Positions 16,122 to 25,027 of a stretch of DNA of 32,958 nt are shown here, piece by piece. Numbering within the stretch: position 1 is the first letter of the stretch; each line of letters opens with the position of its first letter. A program made the translations under genes and the position numbers. The notes under the pieces are model-generated. The model had not been told where the DNA came from, did not search any database, and saw only the letters and a program-made list of their open reading frames with translations. This DNA is from a virus, in the IMG/VR virus record IMGVR_UViG_3300017613_000633, positions 1-32,958 of that record. The stretch is one strand, 5' to 3'.

Positions 16122-16943
16122 TTATTCAAATTTAGCATTGCCGATAAAATTATATTTACCTGCGTCTTTATCACCGCCCTGCCCACTGACTTTAGTGGGT
16201 GGTGCTGGTGCGTTAGTTTTGCGAGGCTTTAAAGCCTGCGCTTTAGGTTTTATGACATTATCTACATAGCTTCCCGCCTGAAATGGATTCATGCCGTTTA
16301 GCTTTTCAATTTCGTCAAAGTTTGCTGCTAGATGCTTCACTATGAGCGCACCCTCCGGATGGTCGAGCAAATACGCCCCAACATCCCCGCTTAACCCACT
16401 GCCAACAACGGTCTGCACTGACTGCGTTAGCTCTGCCTCGTCGATTCCAAATTCTTTGGCTCTCTGCGTGAAAGCTTTTCCTTTTTTCTCGGTTTCGGCT
16501 TGCTGCTGCTGCATCAACTGCTGTTGCTGTTGCTGCTGGTACTGAGTTTGCTGCTCTTGTGCGTACTCATATCGTGCCGCATCTCTTACGGACTGTTCAT
16601 AAGCTTGTAACTTTGAATCGTAATCATCATCAAAAGGGTCTGGTCGCTCCATTACTTGCGGGGCTTGCTGTCTATTCTGTGCTTCGTACTCGTCAAGTTT
16701 ACGCTTATACTCTGCCGCCTCTCGCTTGGCTTGTTCAGCCTCGAAATGCTTTTGAGATATTCGCTTGTTAATTGCATCCTGATTAACTTGCTTTTCACTA
16801 TCAATGGGATTTTCTTCGTGTTCCTCGTCACTATCAGTTGCTAAATCTGCTGGCTCATTGGCCTCTGTGATTTCCTCGCTTTCGACTTCCTCAACGTACT
16901 CGTCATGTTCAAAAATCGGATCGTCACTTTGTAGCTCACTCAT
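16122..16943 (-). CDS. Scaffolding protein
   Basis: 273 aa with an acidic N-terminus, a long helical charged/Q-rich core (QQQQQQLMQQQQ), and a position between portal and coat. Confidence 0.8.
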   Translation of the reverse strand: MSELQSDDPIFEHDEYVEEVESEEITEANEPADLATDSDEEHEENPIDSEKQVNQDAINKRISQKHFEAEQAKREAAEYKRKLDEYEAQNRQQAPQVMERPDPFDDDYDSKLQAYEQSVRDAARYEYAQEQQTQYQQQQQQQLMQQQQAETEKKGKAFTQRAKEFGIDEAELTQSVQTVVGSGLSGDVGAYLLDHPEGALIVKHLAANFDEIEKLNGMNPFQAGSYVDNVIKPKAQALKPRKTNAPAPPTKVSGQGGDKDAGKYNFIGNAKFE

Positions 16944-16991
16944 GTTATTGCCCTTAAAAGGTATTTATAGCCGCGATACTGTCGCGTACAG

Positions 16992-17020
16992 TTGACTTAT
17001 TATAAACCTAGTGCTAAGTT
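16992..17020 (+). promoter_or_regulatory. Candidate sigma70 promoter for the plus-strand island
   Basis: TTGACT (16992-16997), 17-nt spacer, TAAGTT (17015-17020), about 40 nt upstream of the island's first gene. Confidence 0.45.
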
Positions 17021-17061
17021 TGCTGTAGATGGGCGATATGCCTATGATTGAGGGTTTATTA

Positions 17062-17229
17062 ATGAAGTGTGAACTAACAGAGATAATCCATGACAAGGGA
17101 TGGACGGTTTGGGCTGCTTGTGAGTTATGGGGCATCAGGTACGACGTGTGGCGCAGAAAATGCCGCAATCCAAAGTTAAGAAATCAATTAATTAGTATGT
17201 GTAAAGGGTTGGAGGATAAAAATGAATAA
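17062..17229 (+). CDS. Small HTH-like protein (55 aa), island gene 1
   Basis: GAGGG lies 7 nt upstream of ATG 17062. Translation: MKCELTEIIHDKGWTVWAACELWGIRYDVWRRKCRNPKLRNQLISMCKGLEDKNE*. The ORF track extends it to 17029. Confidence 0.5.
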   Translation: MKCELTEIIHDKGWTVWAACELWGIRYDVWRRKCRNPKLRNQLISMCKGLEDKNE

Positions 17230-17392
17230 ATACACACGAAAACAAATAAACCAGCAAAGCGATAGATTCCGTAAAACAGAGTTTGTTGCTATTGATGATG
17301 TAGAAGTGATTGTTGAGGATATATTAAAAATAGCTATCGAATGTGGCGCTGATGAAGATAAGTTAATGTCTAAGTTTGGGGGTGATGAGTGA
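17222..17392 (+). CDS. Small acidic protein (56 aa), island gene 2
   Basis: Strong SD GGAGGA 5 nt upstream of ATG 17222. Translation: MNKYTRKQINQQSDRFRKTEFVAIDDVEVIVEDILKIAIECGADEDKLMSKFGGDE*. It overlaps gene 1 by 8 nt and is below the ORF-track cutoff. Confidence 0.5.
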   Translation: MNKYTRKQINQQSDRFRKTEFVAIDDVEVIVEDILKIAIECGADEDKLMSKFGGDE

Positions 17393-17502
17393 CATACATA
17401 TTATTTGGCGCGATCGGCTTCCTTGCCGCTGGTTTTTCTGGTGTCGCTATTGGGGTTATAGTGGCGTTTGTGGTTGAGTTTCTGTATCAGGTGTTTCGTT
17501 AA
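17389..17502 (+). CDS. Possible 37-aa single-TM hydrophobic peptide, island gene 3
   Basis: GTG 17389 overlaps the gene 2 stop (GTGA), with GGGGGTGA just upstream. Translation: (M)TYILFGAIGFLAAGFSGVAIGVIVAFVVEFLYQVFR*. The first 22 codons fill the intergenic gap and the last 47 nt overlap the portal 3' end convergently. Confidence 0.35.
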   Translation: MTYILFGAIGFLAAGFSGVAIGVIVAFVVEFLYQVFR

Positions 17503-19687
17503 GCTCCTGAGCCACATCGTCATAAGCCTCTGCAGCGTTGGGGTTGACTATAGCGTCAGCGCCCATTGCTTCTTTAATGGCTTTTAATGTATCTGCCAAT
17601 ACCTTTTGATTTTCGACTTGCTGCTTTTGCATTTCCATCATTTGATTGAACTGCATGTTAACTTGCTGCATATCAATCTTTTCTTGCTCCTGCCTAATCT
17701 TGGCAGCGTCAACGTTGTACTTATCGTCCTTTTCACGCTGAAACTTGGCAACGTCTAGCTCAATCTTTTGTTGTTCTAGCTGTGCCTTAGCCATCTCAAC
17801 TTGTATCTGTGCTTGATCGAGCTGCGCTTTACGCTGTGTTTCCGCCTGTGCTGCTTGCCCTTTAACCATCTCGGCTTCTGCCATGACCATGTTAGGGTCT
17901 GGCTGTGGCGGTTGGCTCTGCGCTTCCTGTGCGGCCTGTTGTTCTTCTGGTGTCATTTGGTCAAACGGGATAACGCCATTTTGCAACTGTAAAGCCCTGG
18001 CTCTATCGGCTACAACGTCCATTCCCGGCTCTGTGCTGTTTTTCAATAACACATCGCGACTTATTTCAACCAAGGTAGGGTCAATGGCGGCATAAGCAAG
18101 CATCTTGTCTGTCATTGCTTCCTGTCTGTTGGCAAACGCTGCCCCATAAGTGCAGCTCACATCATATTCACCTGTTGATAGGTCGTTAAGTGTTACGGGT
18201 TGTCCTGTCTGGTTGTCTATAACGGTTTGGTTAAGCGTGATTATCTCGCTTTCACCATCTTCTTTTAATATGCGTTGCTGCCTTGTTGCGTCATACACTC
18301 TGGGTATTGCGTTGACTAGGCATTTGCCCACCGCTGTCAGTGTGGTTTGTATCGAGCGATAGTATTTAACTGTTGAACTGTTAGATTTTTCAATCTGCTT
18401 ATCTAATGCCACGCCCGATTGTAGATTAGCATTGTTTGCTAGTTGCGGACTAAATGCGCCTGTTGCTAGGTCGATAGATTGCGCTGACATTTGGCTAAGT
18501 TGTGATAGTCCGGGGTTAACGGGTGCGCCACCTAAAAACTGTGGAGTCATGCCCGGTAAATTAGGGTCTATATTGAAATCCTGCCAAGGGTTAGCGTTGG
18601 TGTTAAGGGTTGATAGGCTTCTTTCGTGCCCTTTGCGCATTTCTGGCGTACCCCAAAACTTGGGTCTAGGAGATAAAACCACTTCCTCCACTTCGCGACT
18701 AAACGCCATGTTGTGTACGCGTTGTTGATCCATCGCTTTAGCAATAGCACCCCGAACAACGGCTTTACCGTCAATGACCTTGTGGTTAGCGTAGCAACCG
18801 AACACAGGCAGGTAATCGAACACGGTTTCTTCTGGCTCGCTTATCCAGTCGCCACCGTCCATGATGCGCTGGTAAACCTTATGGGTTTTACGTTTGCGCC
18901 TGCGGGTTTCTGTGATGCCAGCCATTGCTAGCTCGTCTTGAATCATCTGAAAGTCATCATCAACTTTGTATATCTTGCCGTCTGACATTTCAACAATTTC
19001 AATGGTTTCTGGTTTTTTGTAAAAGAATCGCGTGATAGTGATTACATCAGGTTTGTCGTAATAAACCTCTGATTTAATATCACGGTTAACGCTCATCATC
19101 TTGCCGTCTGGGAATTTCTTCTCATATTCATCTTTGCTTATGTCGTCATCAATAAAGACAAATCTTGCGTCACTGTTGTCCTGCTCTGTTGATGCTTGAT
19201 CGAACCATACCCGGTTTACAAAGTCAGGGATATAACGAATAAATAAATCTTGGTCGAACGAATCACCCTCAATGTAATCCTGCTCAACATAAAGCCCAGA
19301 CATACCGCTTGTGACCATCATTCTACCCATTGATGAATAGGATAGCTCCGCGCTGCTGATGTTCTCTATGTTGCGTATAAGCCCTTCTAGCGCCTCAGCA
19401 ACATCTTCTGAGGACTCACCGCTTGATGGTTTAATCTTGATAGCAAATTCGTTATCTTCAATCTCACCACAAATAGAGTCGAGAATGGGGTTGCAGCGGT
19501 CATCGGTGTAGCGAGGCTTACCATTCATCTTTGAGATAATGTCTGGCTCCCACTGGCCGTCCTCTTTCTCTACAAAGTAAAGCTGCTCTCTGGCCTTTTC
19601 TCGCTCGTCGTCGTTTGTAGACTGTGACTTTTTGCGTTCTTCCGCAACGGTTTGGTAATCACTATAATCAATCATCTCTAACCCCAA
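17456..19687 (-). CDS. Portal protein, P22 gp1-like with C-terminal coiled-coil barrel
   Basis: 743 aa. The core (ETRRRKRKTHKVYQRIMDG...YLPVFGCYANHKVIDGKAVVRG...RPKFWGTPE) parallels P22 gp1 (ERQIKRRRVYKSIIT...[21 protein letters not shown]...KKPFFWPEQ). The C-terminal helical tail is long and Q/E/K-rich. Confidence 0.92.
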   Translation of the reverse strand: MGLEMIDYSDYQTVAEERKKSQSTNDDEREKAREQLYFVEKEDGQWEPDIISKMNGKPRYTDDRCNPILDSICGEIEDNEFAIKIKPSSGESSEDVAEALEGLIRNIENISSAELSYSSMGRMMVTSGMSGLYVEQDYIEGDSFDQDLFIRYIPDFVNRVWFDQASTEQDNSDARFVFIDDDISKDEYEKKFPDGKMMSVNRDIKSEVYYDKPDVITITRFFYKKPETIEIVEMSDGKIYKVDDDFQMIQDELAMAGITETRRRKRKTHKVYQRIMDGGDWISEPEETVFDYLPVFGCYANHKVIDGKAVVRGAIAKAMDQQRVHNMAFSREVEEVVLSPRPKFWGTPEMRKGHERSLSTLNTNANPWQDFNIDPNLPGMTPQFLGGAPVNPGLSQLSQMSAQSIDLATGAFSPQLANNANLQSGVALDKQIEKSNSSTVKYYRSIQTTLTAVGKCLVNAIPRVYDATRQQRILKEDGESEIITLNQTVIDNQTGQPVTLNDLSTGEYDVSCTYGAAFANRQEAMTDKMLAYAAIDPTLVEISRDVLLKNSTEPGMDVVADRARALQLQNGVIPFDQMTPEEQQAAQEAQSQPPQPDPNMVMAEAEMVKGQAAQAETQRKAQLDQAQIQVEMAKAQLEQQKIELDVAKFQREKDDKYNVDAAKIRQEQEKIDMQQVNMQFNQMMEMQKQQVENQKVLADTLKAIKEAMGADAIVNPNAAEAYDDVAQELNETPDTETQPQTPL

Positions 19688-21126
19688 AAACTATCAAATT
19701 CTAATGGCGCAGCCTCTTGAACAAGGTCTGGTATTTCCTCACCCATTGCTAAGCAATCAGCCATGCCGGGCGATTTTATCTTTAATTTATTCTTCATTTC
19801 TTCTTTGCTCATAAGCTGTATCTTGCCAACACCGTTAGGTTTGGTGGGTATGCGGCAAACCTCAGCACGTAACTTTTGCAGCATTTTAATCTCTGAGCTG
19901 ATGCTAATAATTGTGTCTGGGTCTACATATTCTTTGCGGACAACCGCCCTATGCGTATTGTAAAAGCGTTGTGCTAGCTTCATGTAATACTGCGCCCGCT
20001 TATTGTAAAACATATCGGCATTGGTCTTGGGTTTATCTTTACTACCCAATGAGCCTAAACCATCATAGACGGCCTTTTTATTCTCAACTTCGTTACTGCC
20101 TCGATACATCCTTAGGTCACACTTGACACCCTTGAATGAATCGCCAATCTGCCTGCGCAATAATGCGCCCATGCCGTCACCATCCCATACAAACAAATCG
20201 CTGTTAGACTGGATAGCCAATGACGTGGCTTTATCACAAGCCTCGTTACCATCCTTTGCGTCTATCTCTGTAACTTCTGTGTATAGAATGCCCTTGCGTG
20301 TTGCAAATCCTTTGGAGTCCTCGCCCTCATCTGCTGGGTCAAACGAGCTAACAACTGCGCCAGTGGGTGTGATACCTAACTTAGTATGAGCATCAATGGC
20401 CGCGTCAAACCATTCAGGCTTGATAATGGCATCTTCGATACTGTCGTTGAATTTACCTTCCCATATCCAATCGTACTTTGACCGCTCTAGGTTTTGATAA
20501 TCCCACTCCCTTAGTGCTTCTTGTTCTTTATTCCACCAAGGGTTGTCACGCCAGTTAACGACTAAAACCAAGTGTAAGTCATCTTCGTAATAGCCGTGTT
20601 TTTCTAGCTCAGATAAATACGGAACAATAAACCGCTGGCTGAATGGGTCTGCTGACGATTGCGGATTGGCCGTGAATATACATTTAGCACCGGGGTTGCG
20701 TAATATGGTTGGCAGTAGCTTATCAATGGAGTCTTGGCTTGCCCTGTGTGCTTCCTCAAACCATGAGTATCTATATCCCTGCGCTGATTGCATGGAGTCA
20801 GGGTTGCGGTTAGCTCCTTTGTAGGTGGTCTTGGCTCCGTCTGGGCTTATTACGCACGTTTTCTGTACGTCCCATCCGTCAAGGTTTAGCCTGTCTTGTA
20901 TTGAGCCTTCAAAAACCCTGTGAACGGAATCTGATACAGAGTCTTGAAACTCTCGCAAACAATAAACGTCTGCTTTTTCCGTTGCCATTTTAAAAGTAAG
21001 GAAGTCACCAACGCCTATGCTCTTGCCGCTACCTCTGCCACCAACAATAACAATAATCTGCTGCCTTGCTGTGAATAGTCGCTCAAGGGCTTTATTAATC
21101 TTTAGTTTCGGCATTGATGAACTCAA
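19678..21126 (-). CDS. terL: Terminase large subunit
   Basis: 482 aa. Walker A VGGRGSGKS and Walker B-like YSWFEEA. Flanked by the terS and portal genes. Confidence 0.95.
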   Translation of the reverse strand: MSSSMPKLKINKALERLFTARQQIIVIVGGRGSGKSIGVGDFLTFKMATEKADVYCLREFQDSVSDSVHRVFEGSIQDRLNLDGWDVQKTCVISPDGAKTTYKGANRNPDSMQSAQGYRYSWFEEAHRASQDSIDKLLPTILRNPGAKCIFTANPQSSADPFSQRFIVPYLSELEKHGYYEDDLHLVLVVNWRDNPWWNKEQEALREWDYQNLERSKYDWIWEGKFNDSIEDAIIKPEWFDAAIDAHTKLGITPTGAVVSSFDPADEGEDSKGFATRKGILYTEVTEIDAKDGNEACDKATSLAIQSNSDLFVWDGDGMGALLRRQIGDSFKGVKCDLRMYRGSNEVENKKAVYDGLGSLGSKDKPKTNADMFYNKRAQYYMKLAQRFYNTHRAVVRKEYVDPDTIISISSEIKMLQKLRAEVCRIPTKPNGVGKIQLMSKEEMKNKLKIKSPGMADCLAMGEEIPDLVQEAAPLEFDSFWG

Positions 21127-21451
21127 CTGTCCATTTGGAATCTACAGAGCCAGATAATTCATTCTTAACCTTAGTCCCTTCCTTCCTATCAATAACCCTA
21201 TTAGCCGTGGGTAAATCGTCGTCATTTAACGCACTATGCACTATCCTTTTGGCTTTCATAACTGGTTGATTTTTTAATGTCTCTTTTCGGTCAAGAAATT
21301 CTGGGTGTTTCTCAATGTAGTTGTACAGCGTTTGCTTGCTTATGTTGGCATAGCAACACGCCTCTAAGTCTGTGCAGCCCCATGAAAAAGCATCCTCTAA
21401 TTCTTTGACTTTAGATTCTGTCATTAATGTCGGTCTACCCGCTGGCATCAC
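21095..21451 (-). CDS. terS: Terminase small subunit
   Basis: 118 aa. The N-terminal GRPT...KELEDAFSWGCTDLEACCYANISKQTLYNYIEKHPEF is a typical small-terminase HTH. It overlaps the terL start. Confidence 0.8.
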   Translation of the reverse strand: MMPAGRPTLMTESKVKELEDAFSWGCTDLEACCYANISKQTLYNYIEKHPEFLDRKETLKNQPVMKAKRIVHSALNDDDLPTANRVIDRKEGTKVKNELSGSVDSKWTVEFINAETKD

Positions 21452-21783
21452 ACTATCTCACAAACGGGAAGTATATCGACTGTGGAATCGAAAACAGGCG
21501 CTTCTAGCTCGCCCGCTGAATAAGCCACACGCAGGTAATGGGTGTACTCGCCTTTAGTGCCGGATACTTGTAATGTGTTCTCTAGTATTTCAAGCTGTAA
21601 AGTAGTGCCTATTACGGATATACCAGAAATCAAACTGGCTGAATAAACCTCAGTACAAGTGCCCGTTAGCTTTACTCTGTACTCTGCCTCTGCAAATAAG
21701 TTAGCATCGACAGGAGTAATACCATCAGCCGCCAATACTGGTAAGCTAATTAACTGGTAAGCGTTTTCATACAAAACAGACAT
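21448..21783 (-). CDS. Hypothetical protein (111 aa), beta-rich
   Basis: Intact ORF with a 4-nt overlap with terS. Confidence 0.55.
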   Translation of the reverse strand: MSVLYENAYQLISLPVLAADGITPVDANLFAEAEYRVKLTGTCTEVYSASLISGISVIGTTLQLEILENTLQVSGTKGEYTHYLRVAYSAGELEAPVFDSTVDILPVCEIV

Positions 21784-21792
21784 GCTATGCCC

Positions 21793-22134
21793 CTAAGCTG
21801 GGAATGTTACAGCTAAAGCGCTGATTGAGGATGGCTGGCCAGATGTATAATCTAAGCTTGTTAAGTTTAAATCTGCCCCTGTTAAGCCTACTGTTAGAGT
21901 GTAAGTGCCTGTCCCGTCTGATAATGTTGCGCTATCTGCTGTACCTGTTTCCGCTGCGTTTACATTTGCGATTGCGTTAGCTGTTGCAACTCCACCAGTG
22001 TATGAGGCGAATCCTGCTAACGTATGAACCGCTAGTGCTGTCGCGCCATCCAATATGGTTAATGTTGCTGTGGCATAATCAGTGCCCCAATCTGTAGCCC
22101 TTGCCACCCTTGCCGCTGTGTTACCTGTTGCCAT
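21793..22134 (-). CDS. Hypothetical Ala/Thr/Gly-rich protein (113 aa)
   Basis: Intact ORF with a structural-type (Ig-like/fiber-like) composition. Confidence 0.55.
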   Translation of the reverse strand: MATGNTAARVARATDWGTDYATATLTILDGATALAVHTLAGFASYTGGVATANAIANVNAAETGTADSATLSDGTGTYTLTVGLTGADLNLTSLDYTSGQPSSISALAVTFPA

Positions 22135-22439
22135 TACTTTCTCACTCCGATAAATGTTGATTGCTTTATTATACCTGTAAAGGTAGCTGAATATCTAGCC
22201 TGCCTGAATAATGGCTCTGGAATTGTGAATTGTATTGACCCGATTGGGTAGGACGTTACCGCCCCGCCTAATGCTGATACTAATGGCGCGTCTATAGTAA
22301 AAGCCAATACACCCGTAGGAAAAGTTGATTGTGGCGAGCCAGATATGGAAAATGAAGGGGCTGAAACATCAAACGAAGCAGCACCGCTTACCCCACTCAC
22401 GCCCCAACTATTAACCGCACCCCAACTATTAACCGCCAT
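22134..22439 (-). CDS. Hypothetical protein (101 aa) with N-terminal 6-aa tandem duplication
   Basis: MAVNSWGAVNSWG... is encoded by an 18-bp tandem repeat at 22402-22437. Confidence 0.5.
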   Translation of the reverse strand: MAVNSWGAVNSWGVSGVSGAASFDVSAPSFSISGSPQSTFPTGVLAFTIDAPLVSALGGAVTSYPIGSIQFTIPEPLFRQARYSATFTGIIKQSTFIGVRK

Positions 22440-23863
22440 TAGCTGGTTACACCTGTAATAACAGCACCATCAATATGTGTTGCTTCGTTGTCTACTACTA
22501 GCCCTATAACGTTGGTTGTAGCCGCTACAGCAAGCCCCGCTACAGTCGCAGAATTTGACACATAAGCAATGCTAGCATCATGTATTGTTTCGCCTGTTGA
22601 CTCGTTGATTAGTATTGTTCTGTAAGTTCCCTCAGGTATTGCGTTAGGGCTTCCTGATACTGTGATGCTAGATGTAGGGGCGGAAAGTATTTCAATTCGA
22701 CCATGCCATAATTCGTTTGTTGTAGTAACAAACGCAGAAACTGGAATAAACCCCATGTCTGCCGTTACGTTATGTGATGATGAAGCTGGGCTTGTAATGC
22801 CAACCTCTGCATCAATAAGGACGGTGGCTATGGATGTGGTCGGGGTTATATTGGTGTTATCAAGCAGGTATTTTTTGTACGTTATTTTAGCTGGTGACGT
22901 ACTTCTATCTTCATAGATTAGATAATAGTTAAGCTCGTCTAAAACAACGATACCCCGAGAACCCGCTGTTGAGTAGTTGTTAAACGTAAACGTTGAGTTA
23001 TTTGTATCTGTGTCAATCACGCCGTGTATTAAATACAAATGGTCTGACAGCGTGTCACCTTTAACTGATGCGTATAGCTCGCCGTTGATAGACCTTGCGC
23101 AAACATGGTCATCAATTGAATCACCCACAGGTAAACCCATCGTTTCTACCACCCATCCCGTTGAGTAGTCTGACGGGTTTGATTCAGTTTGATGGTAAGC
23201 TATTTTAAAATTAGTAGCGCCACAGTATACAACGCCTACCCATTCAACAGCCCCTTTCATAAAAGTAAAACCGTCTAACGAGCGTATGTTTCCGTCTGCC
23301 TCTCTATTGAAGCCGGATTCTATCTGAGTGTAGTCTGGATTCGTATTAGAAAACCCATTATAGGCAACTAACAATCCGTCCTTAGTTGACATTGATGTTG
23401 AGTCATTAGATGAACCTAATGCAAAAATTAGTTGATTGCCTTGCTGGTCAACTATTAGTGACATTTGCTCACTATCAAATGCAGAGTTGTTAAATTGCCC
23501 GGAGTCAAGCTTGTTTGCAACAGAGGTTCCGTAGGAGTTAGAAACAGGGTTGTACGGAATGGTAAATAAGTAAGATGCCCCGCCAGCACCTTTATAGCCT
23601 ATTAATCCATACTCATCATTAACAGAATCATAATCAACATCGTAAGACCTACCGCCGAGGCTGGGTACAGTTAGTTTTTCTGTGTTTTGCGCTACCCCGT
23701 CCCCCCAGCCAGTGCGAGTTCCAGCAGCGCCCAGCGACATTTCTTCATAGATATTGCTAGTATCTTGGAGCGTCCACCGCCCGTCATGGTAAACAAAATT
23801 GCTAGCATTGCTTTTTACTTCGTAGTGACCGCCAGTAACGGGTGCTATGTTGCCTATTGCCAT
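22439..23863 (-). CDS. Large beta-rich structural-like protein (474 aa)
   Basis: Strong SD GGGGGAG upstream of the ATG. Ser/Thr/Asn/Gly-rich. No catalytic motif recognised. Confidence 0.6.
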   Translation of the reverse strand: MAIGNIAPVTGGHYEVKSNASNFVYHDGRWTLQDTSNIYEEMSLGAAGTRTGWGDGVAQNTEKLTVPSLGGRSYDVDYDSVNDEYGLIGYKGAGGASYLFTIPYNPVSNSYGTSVANKLDSGQFNNSAFDSEQMSLIVDQQGNQLIFALGSSNDSTSMSTKDGLLVAYNGFSNTNPDYTQIESGFNREADGNIRSLDGFTFMKGAVEWVGVVYCGATNFKIAYHQTESNPSDYSTGWVVETMGLPVGDSIDDHVCARSINGELYASVKGDTLSDHLYLIHGVIDTDTNNSTFTFNNYSTAGSRGIVVLDELNYYLIYEDRSTSPAKITYKKYLLDNTNITPTTSIATVLIDAEVGITSPASSSHNVTADMGFIPVSAFVTTTNELWHGRIEILSAPTSSITVSGSPNAIPEGTYRTILINESTGETIHDASIAYVSNSATVAGLAVAATTNVIGLVVDNEATHIDGAVITGVTS

Positions 23864-24029
23864 ATCTACACTCCCCCAAATCCGTTAAAAGTTTTCATAA
23901 TATTAAGACCTTTTTCCTGTACGTGACATACCTTTCTTACTACCGTTATCTTCTCTGTAATTTTGTATTTACCGATAACCTCAGTAGTCAGTATCAATTT
24001 TTTATCTCACCTTAATTCCGTTAATTATA

Positions 24030-24104
24030 TCATTCATCCAATAAACCCCCAACCACTAAAAATATAATGCAGGGGATGGCGATTAACCATAGTGTTATTG
24101 TCAT
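24030..24104 (-). CDS. Possible 24-aa hydrophobic peptide
   Basis: Translation: MTITLWLIAIPCIIFLVVGGLLDE*. Its ATG overlaps the upstream stop (TAATG). It is below the ORF-track cutoff. Confidence 0.3.
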   Translation of the reverse strand: MTITLWLIAIPCIIFLVVGGLLDE

Positions 24105-24349
24105 TAGTTATGATCCTTGTGTGGGATATCATGTAAAGCCTTTGACCAACCCAAAGAAATTTTGATAATTGGAAGTGTTATTGATAAACCAAAACTATTA
24201 CCGATAGTTAAGAGGTCAATGTTAAACAACGGCCAAATATATCCAGTTTCTTCGCCTTGCTTTTTATCTTCTCTACGGAATATATCAACGACTGTTATAG
24301 ATGCTACTAGCTGCCCAATGAATACTGTTTTGTCAAAAAACTTCATCAC
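24104..24349 (-). CDS. Hypothetical protein (81 aa)
   Basis: SD AAGGGGGAG upstream of the ATG. The antisense 118-aa track ORF looks like noise. Confidence 0.55.
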   Translation of the reverse strand: MMKFFDKTVFIGQLVASITVVDIFRREDKKQGEETGYIWPLFNIDLLTIGNSFGLSITLPIIKISLGWSKALHDIPHKDHN

Positions 24350-24396
24350 TCCCCCTTACTTAGTTTGTTGGCGTAACCCTTTAATTAGGGCTGTTT

Positions 24397-24771
24397 CTAA
24401 TTTGCTAGTTTTGCCGCATATTCAATTAAAAATATTTTGGGCGCTATCCAGATTTGTAGCCAAACTAGGTTGAAAGCAACAAGTGGTATAAAAACAAAGG
24501 GTAATTGAAATACATTAAACATCATTAAAGGGTTATTTAATAAATCATTTTCTTTTGCAAAGTCATACTGCTTCTTATTTGCCCATACCCAAACTACGCA
24601 AAACACAACGCCAAAAAAACACATAGCCGCACTTTTTACGCCATGCCACAAAAGCAATTGACTTATTACTTCTGGCAACTCTCCCGCTAAAAACTCACCA
24701 GACGAATCAATACCGTTATTAGCTTTATTTAATATCTCACTTAATGCCTTTTGTAATTCTTCGTTTATCAT
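24397..24771 (-). CDS. Multi-TM membrane protein (124 aa)
   Basis: Hydrophobic stretches AAMCFFGVVFCVVWVWA and LPFVFIPLVAFNLVWLQIWIAPKIFLI. Confidence 0.6.
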   Translation of the reverse strand: MINEELQKALSEILNKANNGIDSSGEFLAGELPEVISQLLLWHGVKSAAMCFFGVVFCVVWVWANKKQYDFAKENDLLNNPLMMFNVFQLPFVFIPLVAFNLVWLQIWIAPKIFLIEYAAKLAN

Positions 24772-24847
24772 TTCATCTCTCTCTATTTTAGGGCTTTTTC
24801 CTCCACACTGGTAGGGTAGCCTATAATTTGTTTATTTCGCGTAATTT

Positions 24848-25027
24848 TCAGCCATTATTTCGATCCTTATACAGATTGCCTTGCGGTTTAAGTATTTGAC
24901 CCTTACTATCAACCCAGCATCCATAACTTAACCATCTGCGGATTTGTACAGGGCTTGTGCCAGTTTGAACCCCTGCATTATTGCTATTTCCGTACCGTTC
25001 TTTGATTACATCAGCTAGCTTTTGCAT
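24848..25027 (-). CDS. Small HTH-like protein (59 aa), first gene after the late-type promoter
   Basis: Perfect SD GGAGG 7 nt upstream of ATG 25027. Translation: MQKLADVIKERYGNSNNAGVQTGTSPVQIRRWLSYGCWVDSKGQILKPQGNLYKDRNNG*. It is one codon below the ORF-track cutoff. Confidence 0.55.
   Translation of the reverse strand: MQKLADVIKERYGNSNNAGVQTGTSPVQIRRWLSYGCWVDSKGQILKPQGNLYKDRNNG

Noticed and set aside
16965-17168. 67-aa minus-strand ORF in the portal-scaffold gap
   Set aside because: It has no ribosome site and a His/Ser/Ile-rich nonsense-like sequence. The opposite strand carries a promoter plus SD-led coupled ORFs.
23866-23997. TTG-initiated 43-codon minus-strand ORF upstream of the 474-aa gene
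   Set aside because: It has a non-ATG start, an SD-like AAGGTGA at a suboptimal distance, and no distinctive sequence features. It is too weak to report as a gene.
24117-24473. 118-aa plus-strand ORF
   Set aside because: It is antisense to the 81-aa leftward ORF, which has a strong SD (AAGGGGGAG) and fits the operon. The plus-strand ORF lacks an SD and reads as noise.
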